A stretch of 64,000 nt of DNA, taken from NCBI GenBank assembly GCA_964455175.1, contig CAYVUW010000006.1, forward strand, positions 8,720-72,719, given 5' to 3'. Below are positions 17,930 through 26,721 of the stretch, piece after piece. The notes beneath the pieces were generated by a model that worked only from the letters and a program-made list of their open reading frames with translations, made no database searches and was not told the DNA's origin. How positions within the stretch are numbered: the stretch's first letter is position 1; each line of letters starts with the position of its first letter. The position numbers and the translations under genes are program-made. This stretch comes from an uncultured Acidobacteriota bacterium (GTDB lineage Bacteria > Acidobacteriota > UBA890).

Positions 17930-20900
17930 TCACCGCCCAGAACGCGTTGGAATCTCAATTGTGTCCAACGGTGCGGGCCCGACACCGGGTTGATACACCA
18001 TCGCGATGAGTCCCGGCATCCGGTCGGTGATCACCACGTTGATCTGATCGATGACCCCGGGCAATAGCATCCAAGATTGGTCGATCTGCCAAAGTTGGTC
18101 CGCTGTCGGCTCTCCTGCGAAGCTCTGAATTGTGTTAACCCCGCCGGCTCCGGTAACGGCCTCCTGAATGCTCTGCTGGATTTCGCGAACATCGCGATTA
18201 ATATCGTCGAACGCGGTAGTTAACGCGTCTGGAGAATCATCACCCAGTAGGCGGCTCATGTTATTCAACTGCTCGTTGATTGCGGCGAGCGCCTGCCGAG
18301 CCTCGTAGGCGGGCTTGGCTAAATTATAGGCATCCATCATGGCATCTTGACGATTCCGCAGGACGTCCATTGGAACTTGGATTCGCGGATCGAGGACAAC
18401 CTCAATGGTCGTCTCCGTCATCTGGCCGCCAGCTTCAAGACGCACGGTATAGGTACCCGGAAGTACCTCCGGGCCACGCGGTCCGCCACCGCCACCCCGA
18501 CGTCCACCACCGAAACCACCACCGGTTGTCGCATAAGCATCGGCGATGCGAAAGTCCCAGAGGGCAGTTTGAACGCCAGCTCGACCCGGCCCCTCGAATT
18601 CGCGCACGAAGCCCCCATTGCCATCAAGTACCGTTAACTTCACGGTGGGCTCGGGCGGTGTAGCGGGAACAGATGGAGGCCTCTGGTTTGCTCCACCCCG
18701 ACCGCCACTGCGACCACCACCATCATCCCGGCGAGTGTCTACTGTAGGACTTGGCAACGGTGCGTCTTCCTTTAAGTAGTAGTAAATCCTCGCCCCAGGC
18801 GCCGGGTTCGAAACGCGCCAGGTGCCGGGGCTCCACTCCTGCCAGCGAGCAACACGCCACATCGGTGTACGGCGAGCAGAGAAAATGTGTGCATCAGCGT
18901 TGAGGACAGCCTCACTTACCTCTTCGAGAGGGGTAATGTCGTCGAGAATCCAAATGCCGCGGCCGTGAGTTACAAGGACAAGGTCATTTTCACGTGGGTG
19001 AATGACAATATCGTCGACCGGTACAGTCGGCATGTTGTTCTTCAGCTGGGCCCAGCTATCACCGCGGTCGATCGAAACAAACACTCCAACTTCGTTACCA
19101 AGAAACAGCAGGTTTTCATTGCGCGGGTGTTCAACGATGATGTTAACGGAGGCATCGTCTGGCAGTCCGGAGACAATCGGCTCCCAGGTGCTGCCGTAGT
19201 CTTCGCTGCGGTAAACGTAGGGACGGTAGTCGTCGCGTTCGTGGCCATCGAAGGTAGCGTAAACACGGCCTTCGTTGAAGCGCGAAGCAACAAGGCGTGT
19301 CACCACCGTGTTGGGCGCCGCCAACCCGGGCATGTCGCCGCTGAGCATCACCCAATTAGTACCGGCGTCGCGCGTCCCCTGAATATTGCCGTCATCAGTC
19401 CCTACATAGAGCACGTTCGGACTGATTGGTGATTCGGAGATTGTTGTCAGGTTACCGTACGAGCTAATACCGTCGTTAGCGGACAATGTCATGCCACGTT
19501 GCACCCGTGTACCCATGATCTCAAGGTCATCCCGGTTGACGCCTGTGGTCATATCGGGGCTCACGGATTCCCAGGTAACACCACGGTCGGCGCTCTTCAT
19601 CAGGTGGCTCGAGCCGATATAGATGAGACGGTTGTCGTGCTCGGAGATCAGCATCGGGGTGTTCCAGTTCCAAGCAAAATCAACTTCTTCAGCAGACTCA
19701 GGGCCTTGCCCGTGGGCACGAGGCAGAGGCCGAATACGTTGGCTTTCCCCGGTGATCAGATTCTTGCGGTACACATTGCCGCCCTGTGACTCGCCAAACA
19801 AGACACTCGAATCGGTCGGGTCGACGCGCACGTAGAACCCGTCACCACCACCGATGTTGTACCAATCTCGGTTGCGGATTCCGAGCGTCGTGAGCGTACG
19901 ACTCGGACCACACCATGAACCGTTGTCCTGCAATCCGCCACAAACAAAATATGGCTCGCGCATGTCGACGCCAATTTCATAAAACTGCGATATCACAATG
20001 TTGCGTAGCTGCCGCCATGTCCGCGTCCGATCGAAAGAGACCGAGATGCCACCATCACCGGCAATGATTAAGTTGTTGGAGTTGTTCGGGTCAATCCAAA
20101 TAACGTGGTGATCCGAGTGCACTTCGGCCGTCGCATCACCACGAAATGTGCGCCCGCCGTCGCTCGAGACATATACGTTTAAACCACCGGAATAGACCCA
20201 GTTGGGGTCCGAGGGATCGACACGAATCTTGCTGTAATACATCGGCCGGTTATTTTGAGTGCTTAGATGCTCCCAGCTGTTGCCGCGATCGGTCGAGCGG
20301 TACACGCCTCCACGGCCGGCGCCTGCTTCGACGGTAGCGAAGACAATGTCGGGGTCGAGGCGGTAGATGTCGAGCCCAATGCGACCCATATCGCCCTGTG
20401 GCAAGCCTTCGGCAAGCCGCTCCCACGTCTCACCACCGTCCATCGTCCGGTAGATACCGCTACCCGGACCTCCACCATTAAAGCCGCCTGCCGTGCGACG
20501 CCGCTGGTAAGTCGCAGCGAACAGCGTGTTGGAGTCATAAGGATCCATCGCCAGGTCAATGACACCAGTGTCCTCGTTAATAAATAGGACCTTCTCCCAA
20601 GTCTGCCCGGCGTCGGTAGTGCGGAACACGCCCCGCTCCTCGTTGGGCCCCCAGAGATGACCGACAGCACCGACAAATACACGGCTGTTGTCACGATGAT
20701 CGATCTGAATACGCCCTATATGGCGGGTCTCATTGAGCCCCATATGTTGCCAATTGGCACCACCATCAAGTGAACGGTAAACACCGTTGCCGTAAGGCGA
20801 ACTCTGGCGATTGTTGGGCTCACCGGTACCAACCCAGACAAGGTTGGGATTCCGCTGCGAGACCGTTACGTCACCAATTGACGCGGTGGACTCATCATCA

Positions 20901-21265
20901 AAAACAGGCTCGAAGGAGGTACCGCGATTGACCGTCTTCCAAACGCCGCCACTTGCCGTCCCAACGTAGAATACCGAGGGGTTGTTATCGACAACCGCTA
21001 GGTCAGCAACACGGCCACCCATAATCGCTGGGCCGATGTTCCGGAATTGCATGCTCGCAACAGCTTTGACCGCAGCCTCACTAGTAGCCTGAATATATGT
21101 CGTGCTCGGAGGGTAAAGCGTGGGTAGATGCGTTGGACCCTCCAGCTTCGCCGCCGAGGCTGAGCCCATTGGTTCGGCCGAATAGGCCAGAACAGGGATG
21201 GTTACCACAATAGCCAGCGTTATTACGACAGCTTGACGGGAAAGTATCCTAGGAAACCTGAACAT
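17930..21265 (-). CDS. secreted BNR/Asp-box (sortilin/VPS10-like) beta-propeller protein with Gly/Arg-rich linkers and C-terminal helical domain (paralog B)
   Basis: ORF 17930..21346. The start is placed at MFRFPRILSRQAVVITLAIVVTIPVLAYSA (signal peptide, GAGG upstream), which removes the overlap with the downstream gene. Identity to paralog A is roughly 50% by eye over aligned blocks (YRTMDGGETWERL vs YRSKDGGETWEKL). GGGRSGGRGG and GGGFGGGRRGGGGGPRG inserts are present, and LPGTYTVRL matches LPGTYTVTL in paralog A. Confidence 0.8.
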   Translation of the reverse strand: MFRFPRILSRQAVVITLAIVVTIPVLAYSAEPMGSASAAKLEGPTHLPTLYPPSTTYIQATSEAAVKAVASMQFRNIGPAIMGGRVADLAVVDNNPSVFYVGTASGGVWKTVNRGTSFEPVFDDESTASIGDVTVSQRNPNLVWVGTGEPNNRQSSPYGNGVYRSLDGGANWQHMGLNETRHIGRIQIDHRDNSRVFVGAVGHLWGPNEERGVFRTTDAGQTWEKVLFINEDTGVIDLAMDPYDSNTLFAATYQRRRTAGGFNGGGPGSGIYRTMDGGETWERLAEGLPQGDMGRIGLDIYRLDPDIVFATVEAGAGRGGVYRSTDRGNSWEHLSTQNNRPMYYSKIRVDPSDPNWVYSGGLNVYVSSDGGRTFRGDATAEVHSDHHVIWIDPNNSNNLIIAGDGGISVSFDRTRTWRQLRNIVISQFYEIGVDMREPYFVCGGLQDNGSWCGPSRTLTTLGIRNRDWYNIGGGDGFYVRVDPTDSSVLFGESQGGNVYRKNLITGESQRIRPLPRAHGQGPESAEEVDFAWNWNTPMLISEHDNRLIYIGSSHLMKSADRGVTWESVSPDMTTGVNRDDLEIMGTRVQRGMTLSANDGISSYGNLTTISESPISPNVLYVGTDDGNIQGTRDAGTNWVMLSGDMPGLAAPNTVVTRLVASRFNEGRVYATFDGHERDDYRPYVYRSEDYGSTWEPIVSGLPDDASVNIIVEHPRNENLLFLGNEVGVFVSIDRGDSWAQLKNNMPTVPVDDIVIHPRENDLVLVTHGRGIWILDDITPLEEVSEAVLNADAHIFSARRTPMWRVARWQEWSPGTWRVSNPAPGARIYYYLKEDAPLPSPTVDTRRDDGGGRSGGRGGANQRPPSVPATPPEPTVKLTVLDGNGGFVREFEGPGRAGVQTALWDFRIADAYATTGGGFGGGRRGGGGGPRGPEVLPGTYTVRLEAGGQMTETTIEVVLDPRIQVPMDVLRNRQDAMMDAYNLAKPAYEARQALAAINEQLNNMSRLLGDDSPDALTTAFDDINRDVREIQQSIQEAVTGAGGVNTIQSFAGEPTADQLWQIDQSWMLLPGVIDQINVVITDRMPGLIAMVYQPGVGPAPLDTIEIPTRSGR

Positions 21266-21323
21266 AACGAAACCTCGATCGATACGGGCTAGGAAAGAAA
21301 ATGCTGATCGGAACTCAGAGCCA

Positions 21324-22649
21324 TCACGGCACACCGGCTCCGACAAGCGTTAAAGCAAGCAACAAGGCCCATTGCGTACCCAAGTAGCTGTCCGTGGTAT
21401 CGAATCTCTCTTCAAGTGAATGGGCCCCTCTACCTGCTCCACCACCGTCGATCGTCACCGAGGGAATACCCAAGCTCATTGGTATATTTGAATCCGTGCT
21501 TGAAGCAGCGGCCGGAGCTTCGAAACCAAGTACCTCGGCTGCTGCCAAAGCTGCCTGAATAATTAGCATGGACATGGGCTGGTCAGCCGCTGGTCTCACT
21601 CCGATATTCACGATGTCGACCTGCAGATCGCTTGCACGCACCGGCGAATACGAGGGTCTCAAAGAGAAGCTCGCAGCTGCTGATTCAGCGTCCTTACTCC
21701 ACCTCGCTATTTCCTCTTCACGCGCCTCGTTTACAGCGGAGCGGAAAAGCGCATCGAATTTCGCCAGTTCTGCCGCGCTTTCGGAGCGAAGGTCAACAGT
21801 CATCGTAACTTCAAAGGCAATCGAGTTCACTGATGTCCCACCTTCAACGAGCCCGACACTAAATGTCGTCTTCGGATCTAAGACCAAAGGGAACTCAGAG
21901 ATTTTGGCGATCGCTCTGCCGAGTGCATGGATGGGATTCGGCATGCCAAAAGCACCGAAGCTGTGTCCACCCGGCCCACTATAGGTCACCTCATAGCGAT
22001 TGCTACCGACGGCAGCATGCGTGATTCCGTAGCCGGTACCGTCAACAGAGATGAAATAGTCGACACTGTCGGCAAGGGTCTCAGAGAACAACCGCTTCAC
22101 GCCGCGAAGGTCGCCAGGGCCCTCCTCGCCGACTGTCCCGACGAAGAGAAGCGTTCCCAACGGTTCGATATTCGCATCCTTCATGGCCCTCGCCACTCCC
22201 AGAACCACAGCCAATCCGCGGCAATCATCACCAATACCCGGACCAAAAAGCTCTGAACCCTCGCGGCGCACGGTGACATCCGTTGCGGCTGGAAACACCG
22301 TATCGAGGTGGGCCGACAAAACCACTCGTGGCTCACCTTCGCCGATCTCTCCAAGAACGTTACCTTCCTCGTCGATGCGAACGTTGGCTAGCCCAATCTC
22401 TACAAACCGCTTGCGGTAAGCCTCGCCCCGAGCCGCCTCGCCAAACGGTGGAGCCGGAATTTCGCACAAAGCAATCTGGTCTTCAACGGTCTGCTCCTCA
22501 CTATCCCGGAGGTAATCTAGCGCTTGACGGACGATCGGTCGGTCGGAGGGCACCTCGAGTTGCTGTGAGGCAAAAGATGGCGAGCCAAAGATCAAAATGG
22601 TGGCGAAGGCGGTTACCAAGTAGGTGCCCAACTTCATATGTAATCGCAC
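21324..22649 (-). CDS. M20/M28-type zinc peptidase (ArgE/DapE-like), secreted
   Basis: 441 aa. A signal peptide is present. SAHLDTVFPA, GIGDDCRG and GTVGEEGPGD are metal-binding motifs. The GTG start has AGGAG about 8 nt upstream. Confidence 0.7.
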   Translation of the reverse strand: MRLHMKLGTYLVTAFATILIFGSPSFASQQLEVPSDRPIVRQALDYLRDSEEQTVEDQIALCEIPAPPFGEAARGEAYRKRFVEIGLANVRIDEEGNVLGEIGEGEPRVVLSAHLDTVFPAATDVTVRREGSELFGPGIGDDCRGLAVVLGVARAMKDANIEPLGTLLFVGTVGEEGPGDLRGVKRLFSETLADSVDYFISVDGTGYGITHAAVGSNRYEVTYSGPGGHSFGAFGMPNPIHALGRAIAKISEFPLVLDPKTTFSVGLVEGGTSVNSIAFEVTMTVDLRSESAAELAKFDALFRSAVNEAREEEIARWSKDAESAAASFSLRPSYSPVRASDLQVDIVNIGVRPAADQPMSMLIIQAALAAAEVLGFEAPAAASSTDSNIPMSLGIPSVTIDGGGAGRGAHSLEERFDTTDSYLGTQWALLLALTLVGAGVP

Positions 22650-22866
22650 GACGAAGTCTCCTCTGCTCTATGGAAAGGGGGTCTATTGTCACCTAGAATC
22701 GCTTGGCGTTTCCAGGGTTTAAGGGATCTAGTCCGAAACCTTATTTTAGCAACGCTCTCACACAACGCCGGCGGGGTGCCTGCGCCAGAGATCTATTCAG
22801 TGCACAATGTGGCAGAAGTTTAGTAGCGACCGAAACTAATGTGACACAACTTATTGTCTCTTTCGC

Positions 22867-22885
22867 CCACAGATTCTTTCTGTGG
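22867..22885 (+). promoter_or_regulatory. perfect inverted repeat CCACAG-N7-CTGTGG 20 nt upstream of the tpx start
   Basis: ccacagattctttctgtgg was read directly. It sits between a putative promoter region and the AGGAAAA SD of tpx. Confidence 0.3.
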
Positions 22886-22904
22886 CCTCTAGGAAAACGA
22901 ATTC

Positions 22905-23399
22905 ATGGCCCAGATCACCTTAAAAGGCAACCCCATCAATACTTCCGGAAACCTACCAGAGATTGGAAGCGATACACCCGACTTCACCCTGGTTGACACT
23001 GATTTGAACGAAAAGTCGTTTGCAGACTACGCCGGAAGAACGGTGATACTAAACATCTTCCCCAGCGTAGACACACCAGTGTGCGCCGCTAGTGTACGTG
23101 CCTTTAATGAAAAGGCAGCATCTAAGGATGCTGCCGTGCTATGCATATCGGCCGATCTGCCGTTCGCGCAGAGCCGATTTTGCGGCGCCGAAGGTATCGA
23201 AGGTGTCGAATGTCTTTCAACTTTCCGCAACGCGGATTTCGGCGAGGCCTACGGCATGAACATCATCGACGGCGTTCTCTCTGGCATCCTAGGTCGCGCC
23301 GTGATTGTTGTGGACGGCGACGGCAAAGTCACCTACACCGAACTCGTTCCCGAGATCGCACAGGAACCTGACTACGATTCGGCATTGGCCTCGATTTAG
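22905..23399 (+). CDS. tpx: thiol peroxidase (atypical 2-Cys peroxiredoxin)
   Basis: 164 aa. MAQITLKGNPINTSG...FPSVDTPVCAASVRAFNEKAA...CISADLPFAQSRFCGAEGI is a near-textbook Tpx sequence. Confidence 0.9.
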   Translation: MAQITLKGNPINTSGNLPEIGSDTPDFTLVDTDLNEKSFADYAGRTVILNIFPSVDTPVCAASVRAFNEKAASKDAAVLCISADLPFAQSRFCGAEGIEGVECLSTFRNADFGEAYGMNIIDGVLSGILGRAVIVVDGDGKVTYTELVPEIAQEPDYDSALASI

Positions 23400-23650
23400 C
23401 AAACTCGACCGCCGATACCTGGCGACTTGGGCTCGCCGGGGCGCGCTAGAAGGTTAGCCTCGAGATACTGAATCAAAATCCCGAGACCTGACGTCGGGGT
23501 TACGCGATTTTCTACTAACTCCCACCTCGACGCTGTCTGTGGACAAGACTGCGCTTATTAGCATTCTGCGCCCTTTCGGGGAACATGCCGTCTTCTTAGC
23601 ATAGAATGTGCGCTTCATAGCTAACAGCAAGGCCTCGAAAGGAACCAGGG

Positions 23651-25249
23651 ATGCCTAGAAACCGCTCGTTCACCCTCTATCTAGCGCTTGCGATTCTGGT
23701 CGCCGCGCCATTCACCGTCACTGCACAACAACGCCCCTCTACCGACCAGCTCAAAGAAGAAGCTAAACAAATGGCCGGGTCGATGCAGAAGCTGTCGCAG
23801 GAAATGGTCGACTCAGTTTTTTCGTTTGGTGAACTCGGCTTCCAAGAGTTCTGGACAATGGAGTACGTCACAGGAATTCTGGCTGAGGAGGGGTTCGATA
23901 TCGAGACAGGCTGCGCCGGAATGCCAACCTGCTACGTCGCTAGCTGGGGGAGCGGCAAGCCTGTAATCGGCATCATGGGCGACATCGACGGTCTGCCTGA
24001 GACTTCTCAGAAGCCAGGAGTAGCGTACCAAGATCCATTGATTGAGAACGGCCCAGGTCACGGCGAGGGGCACAACAGTGCCGCCGCAGTTGACGTCATT
24101 GCGGCGATTACAACCAAGCGCCTCATGGAGAAATACGGCCTTCAGGGCACACTCAAGGTGATTCCAGGAGTGGCTGAGGAGCTCGTCTCCTCGCGAACTT
24201 ACATGGTCAACGCTGGCCTGTTCGAAGATATGGACATTATGCTCTCGACCCACATCAGCCGCAGCATGAGCACAAGCTACGGGATCTCAGGGTCCGGGCT
24301 CGTGTCCACGGAGTTCACGTTTTACGGCCAGTCCGCACATGGCGCCGGTTCTCCGTGGGCGGGACGCAGCGCTCTGGATGCCGTCGAGTTGATGAATACT
24401 GGCTGGAACTTCCGCCGCGAGCATTTACGACTGCACCAACGCTCTCACTACATCATTTCCAATGGTGGCAACCAACCCAACGTCGTCCCTTCAGAAGCAT
24501 CCGTTTGGTATTACTTTCGCGAGCTCGACTACGACCGGATCAAGGCGCTGCACGAGATGGGGCAAAACATGGCCAAGGGCGCCTCTCTGATGACCAACAC
24601 TACGGTTTCTGAGCGCATCTTTGGTGCCGCCTGGCCGTCCAACATGAGTAAGCCGCTCGCGGAGCTTATGCACTCCAACATCAAGGAAGTAGGAAGCCCT
24701 GAGTGGACTGAGCAGGACCAGCAGCTAGCCCTAGCAGTACAGGAAATGATGGGCCAAGAGAACCCACAAGGCCTGCCCACCGAGATTTCTGACGAGGTAA
24801 GCGAGGCGAGCCAGGGTATGGGTGGAGGAAGTGACGATATCGCGGAGGTGTCGTGGAACCTACCCACCGTGCGCCTTCGCTACCCTGGCAACATCCCTGG
24901 AGTGACGGGCCACCACTGGTCGAGCAGCATTGCGATGGCAACGCCGATCGCACACAAGGGCGCAAACTACGGGTCACGGGTCATCGCTATGACCGCAATT
25001 GCGTTAATGAACGAACCCGAACTCGTCGAAGAGGCGTGGACCTACTTCAACGACGTTACGGTTGCCGAGCGCCAGTGGGCCTCATTGATCCCCGAAGGCA
25101 CGCCGCCGCCGATCCACCTTAATGCAGAAAAGATGGAGCGTTTCCGTCCCATGCTCGAGCCACTACGCTACGACCCGTCACGCTACGCTACTTATCTTGA
25201 GCAACTTGGGATTGAGTATCCGACCATCAAACGCGATCAAGAGCGTTAG
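23651..25249 (+). CDS. M20D-family amidohydrolase (AbgB/HipO-like), secreted
   Basis: 532 aa. A signal peptide is present. The GHGEGHNSAAAVDVIAAI and GVAEEL metal-site motifs are present. AAAGGAA SD. Confidence 0.7.
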   Translation: MPRNRSFTLYLALAILVAAPFTVTAQQRPSTDQLKEEAKQMAGSMQKLSQEMVDSVFSFGELGFQEFWTMEYVTGILAEEGFDIETGCAGMPTCYVASWGSGKPVIGIMGDIDGLPETSQKPGVAYQDPLIENGPGHGEGHNSAAAVDVIAAITTKRLMEKYGLQGTLKVIPGVAEELVSSRTYMVNAGLFEDMDIMLSTHISRSMSTSYGISGSGLVSTEFTFYGQSAHGAGSPWAGRSALDAVELMNTGWNFRREHLRLHQRSHYIISNGGNQPNVVPSEASVWYYFRELDYDRIKALHEMGQNMAKGASLMTNTTVSERIFGAAWPSNMSKPLAELMHSNIKEVGSPEWTEQDQQLALAVQEMMGQENPQGLPTEISDEVSEASQGMGGGSDDIAEVSWNLPTVRLRYPGNIPGVTGHHWSSSIAMATPIAHKGANYGSRVIAMTAIALMNEPELVEEAWTYFNDVTVAERQWASLIPEGTPPPIHLNAEKMERFRPMLEPLRYDPSRYATYLEQLGIEYPTIKRDQER

Positions 25250-26193
25250 AGCCCCGGGGGTGGAGCTGCACTGTTGGTAGCTTCATCAGCTGAAGTATCG
25301 AGACCAGCGTTGGCTTGTGCCGAACGCAGCATCGAAATTGCTGTGTAGGTGACCACCACGACCACGAGCCAACGCACGTAGTCGATCGGCAAGGAGCCAA
25401 CAATAAAAGTGGCGATCAATACGGCCGGGATGCCGCCGAAAACGAGGCCGAGAGCAGGCCGCATAGCATAGGCGTTGGCTCGAACGAACCGAACGCTACC
25501 CACCGGCATCAGGAACGCGCATGAGCCCATCATGATCGGATACGCCACCGCCGGATTCATCCCCAGGAGGCTGATCATGATCATGCAGGGGGCATACATA
25601 CCGATACCTAGCGTCATTAAGGCTCCGAGGATGAAGTTGCCCACTACCGCAATGACCAGCAGCGTCCCCGCCAAACCCAGCGCGTCGCCGCCCCCCGGAA
25701 ACAGTTCAAACTGACCCATTAGCATCAGCAACGCCGCTACTAGCAATGCCACGCCCATGCCGATCTGGATTTTCCGCCGCGGCCAGGATGCGACCACACC
25801 GGAACCGAGCCAGGCTCCCGCCGCCGCCGCCCCAATCAACGCCGCCAGCGTCACTATTTCAACCTCAATGATCGACATGAATATGAACGCCTGAACGAAC
25901 ACGGCGGGACTGTGGCCAACGTTCAGCGTCCCCGGAATGATCCGATCTGGAACGATGTTCTTCAGTTTGTAGGCTGATGTCGTCGGCGCGAACGATCCAA
26001 TGCCCAACGTGTCGAAGAAGTTAGTAACGAAGCCGATGAGGTTTTCGAGTGGAGTCGGCCATCCTGACTGCACTGCCGGATCATCTCCGGAGAGGGTTTG
26101 CCGAGCCCGACGCGACGCTTTAGCCCAGATAACAACATAGGTAACAATAAATGCCGCCAACAGAAGCAGAAGTCCGTTTTTCGGCGTTAGCAT
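25246..26193 (-). CDS. TauE/SafE-like (DUF81) membrane transporter family protein
   Basis: 315 aa. It is polytopic with two internal repeats carrying Gly-rich helices (LGIGSFAPTT, LGIGMYAPCMIM). The family assignment is tentative. Confidence 0.45.
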   Translation of the reverse strand: MLTPKNGLLLLLAAFIVTYVVIWAKASRRARQTLSGDDPAVQSGWPTPLENLIGFVTNFFDTLGIGSFAPTTSAYKLKNIVPDRIIPGTLNVGHSPAVFVQAFIFMSIIEVEIVTLAALIGAAAAGAWLGSGVVASWPRRKIQIGMGVALLVAALLMLMGQFELFPGGGDALGLAGTLLVIAVVGNFILGALMTLGIGMYAPCMIMISLLGMNPAVAYPIMMGSCAFLMPVGSVRFVRANAYAMRPALGLVFGGIPAVLIATFIVGSLPIDYVRWLVVVVVTYTAISMLRSAQANAGLDTSADEATNSAAPPPGL

Positions 26194-26280
26194 GTCATCA
26201 CTCCTCGCTCAGAAAACGATTTGGGCAGTAAGGATGTTTGTGTTGGTGAGATGCGTAGCGAAGCCCGAGCCCCATCAACC

Positions 26281-26676
26281 TCAAAATTGCACCACGTGTC
26301 CAGACTCACGAAGCGCGTCGATAGCGTCAGGTAGTTCCGCCTCCCGGACAAGTAGGTAGTCGGTATCGAACGTCGAGATGGCAAAAACGCTTATCCCAGC
26401 ATCGGCTAAGCTAGTCGTCAATGAGGCCCAGACCCCAACCATTGTCAAACCAAGCGGGCCGAGCACGTAAAGGCACGAATAGCCACCTTCGGCGTTAGCA
26501 GAGGAAGGGATTAGCCGTTCCTCGCAGATGATTGAGAGCTCTTCGCGAGTTCGGGAGACACTCCAGAAGTCACCGTCATCAACCCATGCCGGCACCGGTT
26601 CCTTCGGCCCTAACTTACATATGCCATAGTTCTTCTGCAGGACCACAAGTTCACACGAGGGAGCCGGTTCATTCAC
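26281..26676 (-). CDS. ACT-domain-containing small protein
   Basis: 131 aa. The ACT_7-like pattern (LCKLGPKEPVPAWV...GGYSCLYVLGPLGLTMVGVWASLTTSLADAGISVFAISTFDTDYLLV) is present. AGGTG SD. Confidence 0.5.
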   Translation of the reverse strand: MNEPAPSCELVVLQKNYGICKLGPKEPVPAWVDDGDFWSVSRTREELSIICEERLIPSSANAEGGYSCLYVLGPLGLTMVGVWASLTTSLADAGISVFAISTFDTDYLLVREAELPDAIDALRESGHVVQF

Positions 26677-26721
26677 GGGGCACCTGTGTACGGTTCGAAG
26701 GGATCTTTTCCCTGCCCTTGC

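Noticed and set aside
18280-20694. Multiple 60-180-aa ORFs on both strands inside paralog B
   Set aside because: They are shadow frames within a 1100-aa gene with continuous Asp-box motif support.
12068-21346. Longer N-terminal extensions given by the ORF track for several genes (starts at 3809, 12068, 17878, 21346, 32040, 37714, 43976, 54338)
   Set aside because: In each case an internal start has a Shine-Dalgarno motif, a signal peptide, or both. The extension would translate the SD itself or overlap the neighbouring gene.
23480-23515. Weak stem-loop CCCGA-N9-TCGGG followed by a short T-rich stretch after tpx
   Set aside because: The stem is only 5 bp with a weak T tract. It is possibly a terminator but too marginal to list as a feature.
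25246-25249. Convergent genes whose stop codons interlock (TTAG read as TAG on + and TAA on -)
   Set aside because: This is a common compaction feature with no functional implication I can support.
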